Below, piece after piece: positions 38,449-47,542 of a DNA stretch of 62,293 nucleotides. Every line of letters starts with the position of its first letter. Position 1 is the first letter of the stretch. This DNA comes from Brevinematia bacterium. Lineage in GTDB: Bacteria > Spirochaetota > Brevinematia > DTOW01. The translations under genes and the position numbers were made by a program. The stretch is from contig JBCNVF010000014.1 in NCBI GenBank assembly GCA_039630355.1, positions 1-62,293 of the forward strand. The letters are read 5' to 3'. Below the pieces are notes generated by a model that was not told the DNA's origin, did not search any database, and saw nothing but the letters and a program-made list of their open reading frames with translations.

Positions 38449-39615
38449 ATGATAAGGTATTTTACCTCGGGCGAGTCTCACGGTAAAGGGATATCTGCTG
38501 TGGTCTATGGTTTTCCGTCAAATATACCTGTTGACTTGGATTACATAAATTCTTGTCTTTCAAGAAGGCAGAGAGGTTATGGTCGTGGTGATAGAATGAA
38601 AATAGAAAAGGATGTTGTTGAGATCTTAGGTGGAGTAAGGGGTGGTAAAACCCTGGGTGTGCCAATATCAATGGTTGTCTGGAATAGAGATTGGGAAAAT
38701 TGGAAAGACAGAAGTTTACCTAGAGTAACAAAACCTCGTCCAGGACATGCAGATTTGGTTGGAGTTTTGAAATATGGTTTTGACGATATAAGGGATGTCT
38801 TGGAAAGAGCAAGTGCAAGGGAGACAGTTGTTAGAGTTGCAGTAGGTGCATTAGCAAAGTATACTTTGGAGAAGTTTTTTGATGTTTTGATATTCTCACA
38901 TGTTGTGTTATTTGGTGGTGTGAAGATTGACCTAAAGGGGCTTACCTATAGACAAATAATGGAAAACTCATTGTCTTCAGATGTTGGGATTGGTAACCCT
39001 AGATTTGAAAAAGATGTGAAAGAGTGTGTTGACAAAGCTAAAGAGGGGGGAGATACTCTGGGGGGAGTAGTGGAGGTAGTTGTTTTAAATCCTCCTGTTG
39101 GTTTGGGAAGTTATGCTCATTGGGAGGACAAAATTGATGCTAGGATAGCTTATGCAGTTATGAGCATACAAGCGGTAAAGGGAGTTGAATTTGGGATAGG
39201 TTTTAAAGCTGGGGAAATCAGAGGAAGTGAGATGCATGATGAGATATTCTGGGATGGTCAGAGATTCTTTAGAAAGACAAACAATGCTGGTGGAGTTGAG
39301 GGAGGAGTGACAAATGGTGAACCTATAATACTAAGGTGTGTTATGAAACCAATTTCTACGCTAGTAAGACCCAAAAGATCGGTTGATATAGTTACTAAGG
39401 AAGAACTCCTAGCTCATGTTGAGAGATCTGATGTTTCTGCAGTTCCATCATTGGGTGTCATTGTTGAATCTGTAGTTGCTATTGAGCTTCTAAGTGCACT
39501 GCTAAAAAGATACGGAGGTGATGATATCAATCTTATCAAAAGATGCTTTGAACTGGATGATATACAGAAAAATAGAACGGGAATGACAGTTATTGATAGA
39601 GTCTACTTAGAGTAG
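38449..39615 (+). CDS. aroC: Chorismate synthase
   Basis: TSGESHG, RRQRGYGRG, PRPGHAD, ERASARET, NNAGGVEGG. Confidence 0.97.
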   Translation: MIRYFTSGESHGKGISAVVYGFPSNIPVDLDYINSCLSRRQRGYGRGDRMKIEKDVVEILGGVRGGKTLGVPISMVVWNRDWENWKDRSLPRVTKPRPGHADLVGVLKYGFDDIRDVLERASARETVVRVAVGALAKYTLEKFFDVLIFSHVVLFGGVKIDLKGLTYRQIMENSLSSDVGIGNPRFEKDVKECVDKAKEGGDTLGGVVEVVVLNPPVGLGSYAHWEDKIDARIAYAVMSIQAVKGVEFGIGFKAGEIRGSEMHDEIFWDGQRFFRKTNNAGGVEGGVTNGEPIILRCVMKPISTLVRPKRSVDIVTKEELLAHVERSDVSAVPSLGVIVESVVAIELLSALLKRYGGDDINLIKRCFELDDIQKNRTGMTVIDRVYLE

Positions 39616-39668
39616 AGGTTGTCAATTATTTTAAGCAAACCTTATTATCTATTTAGCTCACTAGTTTC

Positions 39669-39888
39669 CTATGAAGTCTAAGATTTACAGTTGGGTGCAG
39701 TTTCTTCTCCTTATTTTCCTCGCAGTCCCTGGCGGGACTGATGAACTTCTCTTTTGGCAAGCACCTAGCCTAGTATGAAATGAGGTTTTGTTACCGAAGA
39801 ACACTGCCTAGAACCAAAGGGGATAAATAGAAGTGAGCAAAAATTTTAGAATCTTGTTTACTCTCCTAATGAAAATTGGAATTTATTG
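39669..39888 (-). mobile_element. MITE-like element copy D (220 bp, inverted), overlapping the murD 3' end
   Basis: AAAATTGGAATTTATTG end at 39888; interior collinear with A-C; perfect hairpin CAGTCCC-TGGC-GGGACTG at 39723-39740. Confidence 0.85.
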
Positions 39889-41245
39889 CTAACTTTCTGA
39901 CTATGCTTTTAAAACATTCACCTCTGTGTTCATAGTTTTTGAACATGTCAAAGCTTGCATAAGCTGGTGAGAATAGGACGATATCTCCTTTATCAGCAAT
40001 TTCTCTTGCTTTTGTTACTGCGTCTTCTAGATTTTCTGCTTTGTAGAATTTGTTGTATCCTTGGGTTTTGAGTTTTTCAACTATAAGTTCTCTAGTGCTT
40101 CCGATTGCGATAACATACTTAACTTTTTTCTTTATTATGGGAACAGCTTCGTCAAAGTCCATTCCCTTGTCAAGTCCTCCTACGATCAGGACTATTGGGT
40201 TATCTAGACTTCTTATTGCACTAACCATTGCGTTTATAGTTGTGGACTTAGAGTCGTTTATGTATTTTGCTCCATCTATTTCTGTAACAAATTCCATCCT
40301 GTGTGGTAATGGTTCAAAAGAGTAAATGCTTTCCTCAATTATCTCTTTGGGTAGTTCCATTTCCATTCCTATTGCAACTGCTATCATGATATTCTCAATA
40401 TTGTGTTTGCCTATCAGTTTAACTCTAGTTGTATTGATAACTTTTTCTTCTTCAAACCATATATAGCCGTCTCTGAGGTATACCTCTTTGCTACTTAGTT
40501 TTCCGTTTCTACCTTCATAGGCCGAGAAAAAGATTTTTCTGCACCTTAGGTTATTTACTTGCGGTAAGTTCAGAAGGGATTTGTTTAGAACGCTTATTTC
40601 TTTCTCCTCAGAGTTCTTGAACAAGGAAAACTTTGACGCAATGTAATCTTCAAACGAGGGGTATCTATCAAGGTGATCTTTTGCAATGTTAGTTATAGCT
40701 CCTATTTTTGGGGTGAACTCTCTTGTGGTATCTATTTGAAAACTACTTATCTCTAGAACGAGAGTTTCAATATCCTCTTCAAAGAGTGAGAATATTGGTA
40801 TGCCTACATTACCGCCAATGAATGTTTTAGGGAGGTAGGAACTTAGGACTTTGTGTGTTATATTGGTTGTTGTTGTTTTACCGTCCGTTCCTGTTATAGC
40901 GATGTATCTGATATTGGGTTTTAGCCTGTAAAAAAGTTCAATATCTCCTATGACTTCAATGTCTTTTTCCAAAGCTTTAGCTATAATTGGATTAGTCAGA
41001 GGCACACCTGGGCTTGAGATAATCATCTCTACATTATCAAGCTCTGCATCCTCTGTGCCTAGTAGGTCAATGACTTCTCCTTTTGCTTTTTCTTTGACCT
41101 TGGATAGAAGTTCTTCTTTTTCGGGGTCTCTGACTTTGTCGGAGATTAAAACGTTGCAACCCTTTTCGGCTAGGAACTTGGCAGTATGAAAGCCTGTTCT
41201 ATGAGTGAATCCTAATACTAAGAAGTTCTTTTTACCTAGTATCAT
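39866..41245 (-). CDS. murD: UDP-N-acetylmuramoyl-L-alanine--D-glutamate ligase
   Basis: SSPGVP, AITGTDGKTTT, LEISSFQ, DHLDRY, NDSKST, FSPAYASFDMFKNYEHRG. Confidence 0.95.
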   Translation of the reverse strand: MILGKKNFLVLGFTHRTGFHTAKFLAEKGCNVLISDKVRDPEKEELLSKVKEKAKGEVIDLLGTEDAELDNVEMIISSPGVPLTNPIIAKALEKDIEVIGDIELFYRLKPNIRYIAITGTDGKTTTTNITHKVLSSYLPKTFIGGNVGIPIFSLFEEDIETLVLEISSFQIDTTREFTPKIGAITNIAKDHLDRYPSFEDYIASKFSLFKNSEEKEISVLNKSLLNLPQVNNLRCRKIFFSAYEGRNGKLSSKEVYLRDGYIWFEEEKVINTTRVKLIGKHNIENIMIAVAIGMEMELPKEIIEESIYSFEPLPHRMEFVTEIDGAKYINDSKSTTINAMVSAIRSLDNPIVLIVGGLDKGMDFDEAVPIIKKKVKYVIAIGSTRELIVEKLKTQGYNKFYKAENLEDAVTKAREIADKGDIVLFSPAYASFDMFKNYEHRGECFKSIVRKLAINSNFH

Positions 41246-41260
41246 ATTTCTACTCCTTGT

Positions 41261-42223
41261 TTATTCAATATGCACTCTTGGGTCCATAGCATCCCTTAAG
41301 GCTTCTCCTAGTAGGTTTAGTCCAACCACGGTTATGAATATAGCGATACCTGGGAAGACTGCCAGCCACCATGCATAACTTATATATTGGTTTCCGAGGA
41401 GGAGAATATTACCCCAGCTTGGGGTAGGAGGTTGGACTCCGAGTCCTAGGAAGCTTAAGGATGATTCAACAAGAACTGCTCCTGCTATACCAAAGACTAA
41501 GGAGACAATAGCGGGATTTATAGCGTTGGGTAGGAGGTGTCTTGTCAGTATGTATATATTACTTGTTCCTGTTATTTTAGAGATTTTAACAAAGTCCATA
41601 TTTGAGACTCTTAGGGTTTCTCCTCTTACAAGCCTAGCTACTCCTGTCCAGCCAGTGAGTCCTATTACGAACATTATGTTATAGATGTTGGGGGGTAGGA
41701 AGGCTAAGATAGTGAGGATAAGAAAGAGAGTTGGAAAGGTCATGAAAACCTCTATTACCCTCATGATGATAGCGTCAACTATTCCTTTGAAGTATCCTGC
41801 TAGAAGTCCTAGGGTAGTGCCTATGATGAATGCTGTTCCCATTGCTACGATTCCTACGGATATTGAGACTTGAGTCCCGTATATTATTCTTGCGAGAACA
41901 TCTCTTCCTAGGTCATCAGTTCCGAGAAGATGTTCTTTAGAGGGTGGTAGGAGTTTTTTTTCAAGGTTTATTGTGTATGGGTTGTGTGGAATAGGTGGCA
42001 TTATTTTGAAACTACTTTTTGACCAATCTACCTCTTCGGCGTATTTGGAGGGTAGAAGCACTGGAAAGAATACTCTCCCGTCAAGTATGCAGAATATGGG
42101 TTTATTGTTGGCGACAAACGGTGAGAATATGACGGTAAAGAGAAGGAGAAAAACGATAGAAAGCCCAATGATACCTAGCTTATTTGAGAAGAAGCGGTTT
42201 TTGACAAACTCTAGGTAAGTCAT
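41261..42223 (-). CDS. Peptide/nickel ABC transporter permease (OppC/DppC-like)
   Basis: HLLGTDDLGRDVLARIIYG, EAA-like loop, RHLLPN, ESSLSFLGLG. Confidence 0.88.
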   Translation of the reverse strand: MTYLEFVKNRFFSNKLGIIGLSIVFLLLFTVIFSPFVANNKPIFCILDGRVFFPVLLPSKYAEEVDWSKSSFKIMPPIPHNPYTINLEKKLLPPSKEHLLGTDDLGRDVLARIIYGTQVSISVGIVAMGTAFIIGTTLGLLAGYFKGIVDAIIMRVIEVFMTFPTLFLILTILAFLPPNIYNIMFVIGLTGWTGVARLVRGETLRVSNMDFVKISKITGTSNIYILTRHLLPNAINPAIVSLVFGIAGAVLVESSLSFLGLGVQPPTPSWGNILLLGNQYISYAWWLAVFPGIAIFITVVGLNLLGEALRDAMDPRVHIE

Positions 42224-42247
42224 TTTGTGGATAGAACCTTAAGTATT

Positions 42248-42320
42248 TGGGCGGTAGAGGATTTGAACCTCTGACCTCTTGCTTGTAAGGCAAGCGCTCT
42301 AACCACTGAGCTAACCGCCC
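42248..42320 (-). tRNA. tRNA-Val(TAC), CCA not encoded
   Basis: GGGCGGTTAGCTCAGTGGTTAGAGCG-CTTGC-CTTACAA-GCAAG...GGTTCAAATCC..CCGCCC-A; 73 nt; followed by AAT. Confidence 0.97.
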
Positions 42321-42832
42321 GTTGTTTTACTAACTTTTGCTTTTTCTATTCTTGCCTTGGCGTAGTTCATCAAACCGCCGTGTCTAAATATCTCAAAGAG
42401 TATTTTTGGGAAAGGTTTTATCTTGAACTCTTTGTCTTTGGTAATGTTTCTCACAATACCTTTTTCTAGGTCAATTTCAATTATGTCTCCAGTGTCTGTG
42501 TTGTCAACAGCTTCGGGTGCCTCAACAATGGGTAGTGCTCTGTTTATTGAGTTTCTGAAGAATATCCTTGCAAACGATTTAGCGACAACTGCACTTACTC
42601 CAGCGGATTTTATTGATATGACTGCATGCTCTCTTGAGGAACCTGAGCCAAAGTTTTTCCCTGCAACGAGAATGTCTCCTTTTTGGACTTTACTTGCAAA
42701 CGTTGGATCTTCGTCCTCAAGACAGTGTTTTGCTAGTTCTTTTGGATCTGTTGTGTTCAAATACCTTGCAGGGATTATCTTGTCAGTGTCTATATCATCG
42801 CCGTATTTCCAGACCTTGCCCTTTATGATCAT
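42311..42832 (-). CDS. leuD: 3-isopropylmalate dehydratase small subunit
   Basis: GDDIDTDKIIPARYL, GKNFGSGSSREHA, SFARIFFRN; stop codon lies inside tRNA-Val. Confidence 0.92.
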   Translation of the reverse strand: MIIKGKVWKYGDDIDTDKIIPARYLNTTDPKELAKHCLEDEDPTFASKVQKGDILVAGKNFGSGSSREHAVISIKSAGVSAVVAKSFARIFFRNSINRALPIVEAPEAVDNTDTGDIIEIDLEKGIVRNITKDKEFKIKPFPKILFEIFRHGGLMNYAKARIEKAKVSKTTGG

Positions 42833-42912
42833 ATTTATGATTAATTCTGTATGATGCTCTTGAATTTACTCAAGTTTGCTAAATTTTCATTTTAGGTGTT
42901 TGTGTTTTACAA

Positions 42913-42940
42913 TTTAGATGTGAGGGAATTATTCCGAAAA
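42913..42940 (+). promoter_or_regulatory. Candidate sigma28-like promoter TTTAG-N15-TCCGAAAA
   Basis: Ends 22 nt before ATG 42963; identical motif at 4959-4986. Confidence 0.4.
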
Positions 42941-42962
42941 TCTTTAAGGTTGGAGTGGGAAA

Positions 42963-43949
42963 ATGCCAGAGTCTGGTGTTCCTGCGTATGGAGTTATAAA
43001 GGGTAGATTTAAGGCTGTTGGGACAAACACTTTTGGACTGGTGTTTGTTTCCTTTAATCTACTCTCAAAGAGTTTGGAGAAGATACAAGTAGCTTCTTCT
43101 CACTTTAGTTCTATTTATGAAAACAATCCTCAGATGCCTTGGTATGACTTTGAGGAGAGAATTATAAACGTTAAGTGGAGGGGGGAATACTCTATAAGTA
43201 TTACCAACGATATACAAAAGGCGGTGGATTACGAACTCAAGTCCAAGGATAGGATAGAGGAGATAGTATATTTTATTTCTAGAGGTGCTACTCCTAAGGT
43301 AGCAGAGTTTTTGCAAGCTGTATTACAGAGGCCTACAGGTGATAGAAATGTTTCTGTTGATGTGGAACTGGAGACTGTGAGTCAGGATGAAGTTGATGAG
43401 ATAAACTTGAGAAGGATGAGGAAGGAGTCGGAGAAGAAGTCTCAGCAGGCTCAACAGACAGTAAAGCAGGATACTGATGAATTTAGCTTACCTCCAAACT
43501 CGATAGTTCTTGAGTCATCACTAGTTTTATCTCCTATAACAGGAGTTCCGATATATGAGTTAAAACCTGGAGATAAGGTTTTGACTAGGATAACGGAGAA
43601 GACCCAACGGGGACAATATTTTAAGGAGCTACTTGGGGCTATTAACACTCAAACTAATGAAGAAAAACCTATTCCTTCTGTGATTGAACAGATAAAGGTT
43701 GTTGGTAAGAGTTATGTTATATTGACAAGCATAGGGCCTGGAATTTACGGTAAATCCATAGAAGAAGATAACGTGAAAATAAAGAAGTATGAGGGAGAGA
43801 TATTGAAAGGTCCAAGATCAGATCAGGTGTTGAGTGAGGAAAGTTTGCAAAAGGGTGATAGTATTACTAATATTCTGATTTTCGTTGGCATAGCAGCTGG
43901 GGGCCTGATCCTTGTTGCCCTTATTCTGATGATGTTAGGGTTTTTCTAA
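42963..43949 (+). CDS. Hypothetical protein with C-terminal membrane anchor
   Basis: 328-aa ORF with native-like composition; C-terminal hydrophobic helix; coupled to hisB (TAATG). Confidence 0.75.
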   Translation: MPESGVPAYGVIKGRFKAVGTNTFGLVFVSFNLLSKSLEKIQVASSHFSSIYENNPQMPWYDFEERIINVKWRGEYSISITNDIQKAVDYELKSKDRIEEIVYFISRGATPKVAEFLQAVLQRPTGDRNVSVDVELETVSQDEVDEINLRRMRKESEKKSQQAQQTVKQDTDEFSLPPNSIVLESSLVLSPITGVPIYELKPGDKVLTRITEKTQRGQYFKELLGAINTQTNEEKPIPSVIEQIKVVGKSYVILTSIGPGIYGKSIEEDNVKIKKYEGEILKGPRSDQVLSEESLQKGDSITNILIFVGIAAGGLILVALILMMLGFF

Positions 43950-44530
43950 TGAGAAATGCAAGATTTCTTAGGGAAACTGCAGAGACTTCTATAGAGATTT
44001 ATGTGAATCTTGATGGTAGTGGGAAATTTTCTGGAACTACAGGAGTAGGTTTTTTTGATCATCTTCTGTCTTTGCTTGCTAAGCATTCTTCAATTGATGT
44101 GGAAATTGTGAAATGTGTTGGTGATATTTATGTAGATTTCCATCACCTTGTTGAGGATGTTGGGATTGTGCTTGGTAAGTGCTTTAGTGAGGCAGTGGGG
44201 GATAAAAGAGGAATAGCTAGGTTTGCTTTCTCTTCAGTTCCGTTGGATGAAGCCTTGACCCAAGTATCTATAGATATAAGTGGGAGAAGTTACTTATATT
44301 TTGATAAAAGGATTTTGAAGGGTAGGATAAGAGATTTTGATATGGAACTGCTGGAGGTGTTTTTCTCTGCGTTTGTGAGGGAAGCTAGAATTACTATTCA
44401 TATTGACTTAGTCAGAGGTAGCAATAAACATCATATCGCAGAATCTGTGTTCAAATCCTTTGCAACTGCTCTAAAAGCTTCAATATCTGTAGTTTCGGAC
44501 TCTATACCTTCAACTAAAAATGTTCTCTAG
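43949..44530 (+). CDS. hisB: Imidazoleglycerol-phosphate dehydratase
   Basis: RETAET, GFFDHLL, DFHHLVEDVG, PLDEAL, NKHHIAESVFKS, IPSTK. Confidence 0.96.
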   Translation: MRNARFLRETAETSIEIYVNLDGSGKFSGTTGVGFFDHLLSLLAKHSSIDVEIVKCVGDIYVDFHHLVEDVGIVLGKCFSEAVGDKRGIARFAFSSVPLDEALTQVSIDISGRSYLYFDKRILKGRIRDFDMELLEVFFSAFVREARITIHIDLVRGSNKHHIAESVFKSFATALKASISVVSDSIPSTKNVL

Positions 44531-44537
44531 GTAGGTC

Positions 44538-45605
44538 CTAAAGATCCAAAACTTTCTGGATTACCTTTTGAGTGGCGTTACTAGGTGATATTTTTTTCGC
44601 ATTTGATCTAAATATTTCTATGTTTCTAAAGATTGTATCTAGGGCTGATAGAAGTTTTTCAATAGTTAGATCTGGTTCTTCGATTATTATTCCTGCTCCG
44701 TGGGTTTCGAAGAATAATGCGTTGAAGTATTGGTGGTTTTTTGAGGCAAATGGGAAGGGTATAATTACCGTAGGCACACCGAAAAAAGATAGTTCTGATA
44801 GTGTGCTTGCTCCTGCCCTTGATATAGCAACATCTACTGCACTCATAAAGACATTGATTTCGTTTATGAAAGGAAAAACTTTGATGTTTTTCTCTTCCAT
44901 GCATCTTCTGTAGACCATTTCGTAATGATCTTGTCCTGTAATCCAGAGTATCTTGTATCTTTCTGCCAACTCTTTAATATGTTCTAAGATAAATTCATTT
45001 ACTTTTTTAGCCCCCTGGCTACCTAAAATTATTCCTAAAACTTTATCCTCTTCTGAAAATCCATAGGTATTTTTAGCATATTCCTTTATTAGGATATCTG
45101 TTTCTGAGTATCTTATGGGATTTCCTATTCTTTCATATTTGCTAGGGTAGTCTTTTTGGCCTTTGAGGGGAAAACTTAGGATAACCTTTTTTGCGAAGAG
45201 CGAAAGTATCTTGTTGGTGAGTCCCATCACAGAGTTTTGTTCAAGAAGGATGACTTTTTTACCAAAAATGGTGGAAACTATTCCTATTGGTCCCGATACA
45301 TATCCTCCGGTGAGTATTACTCTATCAGGGTTAAAGGAAAAAATCAGCTTAAGAGATGAGAATATTGAGATTATAAATTCTTTGAGGGTAGTTAAGTTTC
45401 CTATTAAGTTTTTGGAGAAACTTCTAGATATTGGAAGGATAAACAGGTCATTGCTTTCCACGTTTTCTTTGACGATTGGAAACTTAAGCCCGTGGGGGTT
45501 AGTTACGAATAAAACCTCCTTGTAGCTTTCTTTTAGTTTTTTGTAGATTGCGATGCCGGGGGAGATATGTCCTCCCGTTCCACCTGCAACAACCAAAAAC
45601 TTCAT
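44538..45605 (-). CDS. murG: Lipid II GlcNAc transferase MurG
   Basis: AGGTGGHISPG, TGGYVSGP, EQNSVMG.TN, GNPIR, GSQGA, SRAGAST, HQYFNA. Confidence 0.94.
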   Translation of the reverse strand: MKFLVVAGGTGGHISPGIAIYKKLKESYKEVLFVTNPHGLKFPIVKENVESNDLFILPISRSFSKNLIGNLTTLKEFIISIFSSLKLIFSFNPDRVILTGGYVSGPIGIVSTIFGKKVILLEQNSVMGLTNKILSLFAKKVILSFPLKGQKDYPSKYERIGNPIRYSETDILIKEYAKNTYGFSEEDKVLGIILGSQGAKKVNEFILEHIKELAERYKILWITGQDHYEMVYRRCMEEKNIKVFPFINEINVFMSAVDVAISRAGASTLSELSFFGVPTVIIPFPFASKNHQYFNALFFETHGAGIIIEEPDLTIEKLLSALDTIFRNIEIFRSNAKKISPSNATQKVIQKVLDL

Positions 45606-45841
45606 TTTCCTTCCAATAGTTTGTCAACTTTAGTGTTTAGTTCTAGGACCATTTTTTCAAGATTGTTAACTTTCGCGTTTAGGTAATGAAACCCTTCTAA
45701 GACTCCTTCCTTCACCTTCAGTAGTTCGTGCTCTGAGGTTACAACGATATCTTTTAGCTTTTGGATTTGAACTTCAAGAATCTGAGTTTCGTTAACAATA
45801 CTTCTTAGCCTATCCATAATTTCCGAGGTTACGGCGTCCAT
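45602..45841 (-). CDS. Small coiled-coil hypothetical protein
   Basis: AGGAGG SD; heptad pattern; 4-nt overlap with the murG start. Confidence 0.65.
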   Translation of the reverse strand: MDAVTSEIMDRLRSIVNETQILEVQIQKLKDIVVTSEHELLKVKEGVLEGFHYLNAKVNNLEKMVLELNTKVDKLLEGK

Positions 45842-45917
45842 AAGTTCCTCCTAATTTGTAATTATGTAAGGTAGATTATTACCAATTCAAATTTTGTTCC
45901 TTATTGGTTTAAAAAGC

Positions 45918-45944
45918 TAAAGAATTTTCTGAAATTAACGAAAA
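45918..45944 (+). promoter_or_regulatory. Sigma28 promoter of flagellin
   Basis: TAAA-N15-AACGAAAA. Confidence 0.65.
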
Positions 45945-45956
45945 TCTTACTGAAAG

Positions 45957-45992
45957 CTAGGCAAGGATGCCTAGTAAAAAACATCAAGGAGG
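45957..45992 (+). promoter_or_regulatory. CsrA-type leader: AGGA-loop hairpin plus GGA in the SD
   Basis: CTAGGCA-AGGA-TGCCTAG perfect 7-bp stem; second site CAAGGAGG overlapping the SD. Confidence 0.7.
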
Positions 45993-45998
45993 ATGTGT

Positions 45999-46874
45999 AT
46001 GATAATCAATCATAATATCAGTTCAATTTTTGCCAACCGAATGGTTAAGACCAAAGGTTGGGATGTTGATGCTAACGTTGAGAAGCTATCCTCGGGGATG
46101 AAGATCAATAAAGCCGGGGATGACGCAGCAGGACTTGCGGTTTCTGAGAAGATGAGGTCTCAGATCAGAGGGCTAAGAAGAGCTGAGATGAATGCTGAAG
46201 ATGGTATTTCTTTCATTCAAGTTGCAGAAGGATATCTTGAACAAACAACCAATGTTTTACAAAGGCTAAGGGAGCTAGCGGTTCAGGCTTCAAACGGTAT
46301 TTATACAGATGAAGATAGGCTTTACATCCAAGTTGAAGTATCTGCGCTTATAGCTGAAATTGATAGAATTGCTTCTCATGCTCAGTTTAATGGTGTGAAC
46401 TTGCTTACAGGTAGATTTGCAAAGTTTACAGGTGAAAACACTATAACTGGAAGTATGTGGCTACATATTGGAGCTAATATGGATCAGAGAATCCAGATTT
46501 ACATTGGAACGATGAACTCTCAAGGACTTGGACTGAAGAATCCTGTGGGTAATCCTCTGACCGCGTCGTTTATCTCTTTGTCTACGCCAGATAAGGCTAA
46601 CTCTGCAATAGGCTTAATTGATAGGGCACTCTCTAAGGTCAATAAGCAAAGAGCTGACCTTGGAGCATATCAAAATAGATTGATGTATGCTGCAAAGTCT
46701 TTACTCACCGGGTATGAGAACATGCAAGCAGCAGAGTCAAGAATTAGAGATACAGATATGGCAAATGAGATGAGTGACTTTACCAAAAACCTGATATTGC
46801 TTAATGCTAGTATTTCAATGCTTGCACAAGCAAATGCTAGACCGCAAGCTATATTAGCATTACTGAGAGGATAG
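45999..46874 (+). CDS. flaB: Flagellar filament core protein (FlaB-type flagellin)
   Basis: MIINHN...[32 protein letters not shown]; [11 protein letters not shown]; [10 protein letters not shown]. Confidence 0.95.
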   Translation: MIINHNISSIFANRMVKTKGWDVDANVEKLSSGMKINKAGDDAAGLAVSEKMRSQIRGLRRAEMNAEDGISFIQVAEGYLEQTTNVLQRLRELAVQASNGIYTDEDRLYIQVEVSALIAEIDRIASHAQFNGVNLLTGRFAKFTGENTITGSMWLHIGANMDQRIQIYIGTMNSQGLGLKNPVGNPLTASFISLSTPDKANSAIGLIDRALSKVNKQRADLGAYQNRLMYAAKSLLTGYENMQAAESRIRDTDMANEMSDFTKNLILLNASISMLAQANARPQAILALLRG

Positions 46875-46878
46875 ATTT

Positions 46879-46903
46879 AGGGGCTTTGCCCCTCCTCTTT
46901 TTC
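46879..46903 (+). terminator. Intrinsic terminator after flaB
   Basis: AGGGGC-TTT-GCCCCT followed by a pyrimidine/T tract. Confidence 0.6.
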
Positions 46904-46918
46904 TATCTCAGCACCCTA

Positions 46919-47422
46919 TTATTCTTCTCCTTCAATAAACTTCTCAATCCTCTCTTCAGAGCCTGAGAGAGACATTATGTCCTTAGCGTGAAGGTGGGAA
47001 TATTTTGCTATCGCAGAAGAGTTAATGTATTTCTTGAAGTTTATAAGAGGTATTTTGGAGAAAAAGAATAAGAGTGATCCCAAAAATACAAACAAAACCC
47101 ATCCGCCCAAGATTGCCCCAAGAATTCTATTTATCCAACCGATTCTAAACATGTCAACAAGGTTTTTTAAAAGTAGGTGGATTGTAAAAAACACGACAAA
47201 ACACACAACAAGAATTGAAAGAACAGCCACACCATAAGATAAATTTTCATCCACTCCAATCTTGGTGAAAAATGATGATAATGGTACACCAAAAGCATCA
47301 ACTACAACTATTGTGACAATTATTCCTATCACGAGTATTATTACTCCGATAAAACCCTTCCTTGCACCCCAGATTAGTCCTAGTAGAACAACTGAGATTG
47401 TTATTACATCAAGTATATTCAT
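46919..47422 (-). CDS. cvpA: CvpA (colicin V production) family membrane protein
   Basis: MNILD.I...GLIWGARKGFI; INRILGAILG; four TM segments. Confidence 0.8.
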   Translation of the reverse strand: MNILDVITISVVLLGLIWGARKGFIGVIILVIGIIVTIVVVDAFGVPLSSFFTKIGVDENLSYGVAVLSILVVCFVVFFTIHLLLKNLVDMFRIGWINRILGAILGGWVLFVFLGSLLFFFSKIPLINFKKYINSSAIAKYSHLHAKDIMSLSGSEERIEKFIEGEE

Positions 47423-47542
47423 ATTTTGAATATTATCTCAAATTTGTTGTTTTCTTTTCAAATTCTGCAAACTAACCTCAACTTCTAACTTTCAATACTC
47501 TTCAGGCTTAGTTTAAAATATACTCCTATCTCGGAGGTAGTG

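Noticed and set aside
39700-39745. Element hairpin as an intrinsic terminator
   Set aside because: The T tract precedes the hairpin on one strand and an A tract follows it on the other, which is the wrong geometry.
42248-42320. tRNA-Val as an integration site of a genomic island
   Set aside because: No integrase or duplicated tRNA 3' end is present in the window, and the flanking genes are housekeeping.
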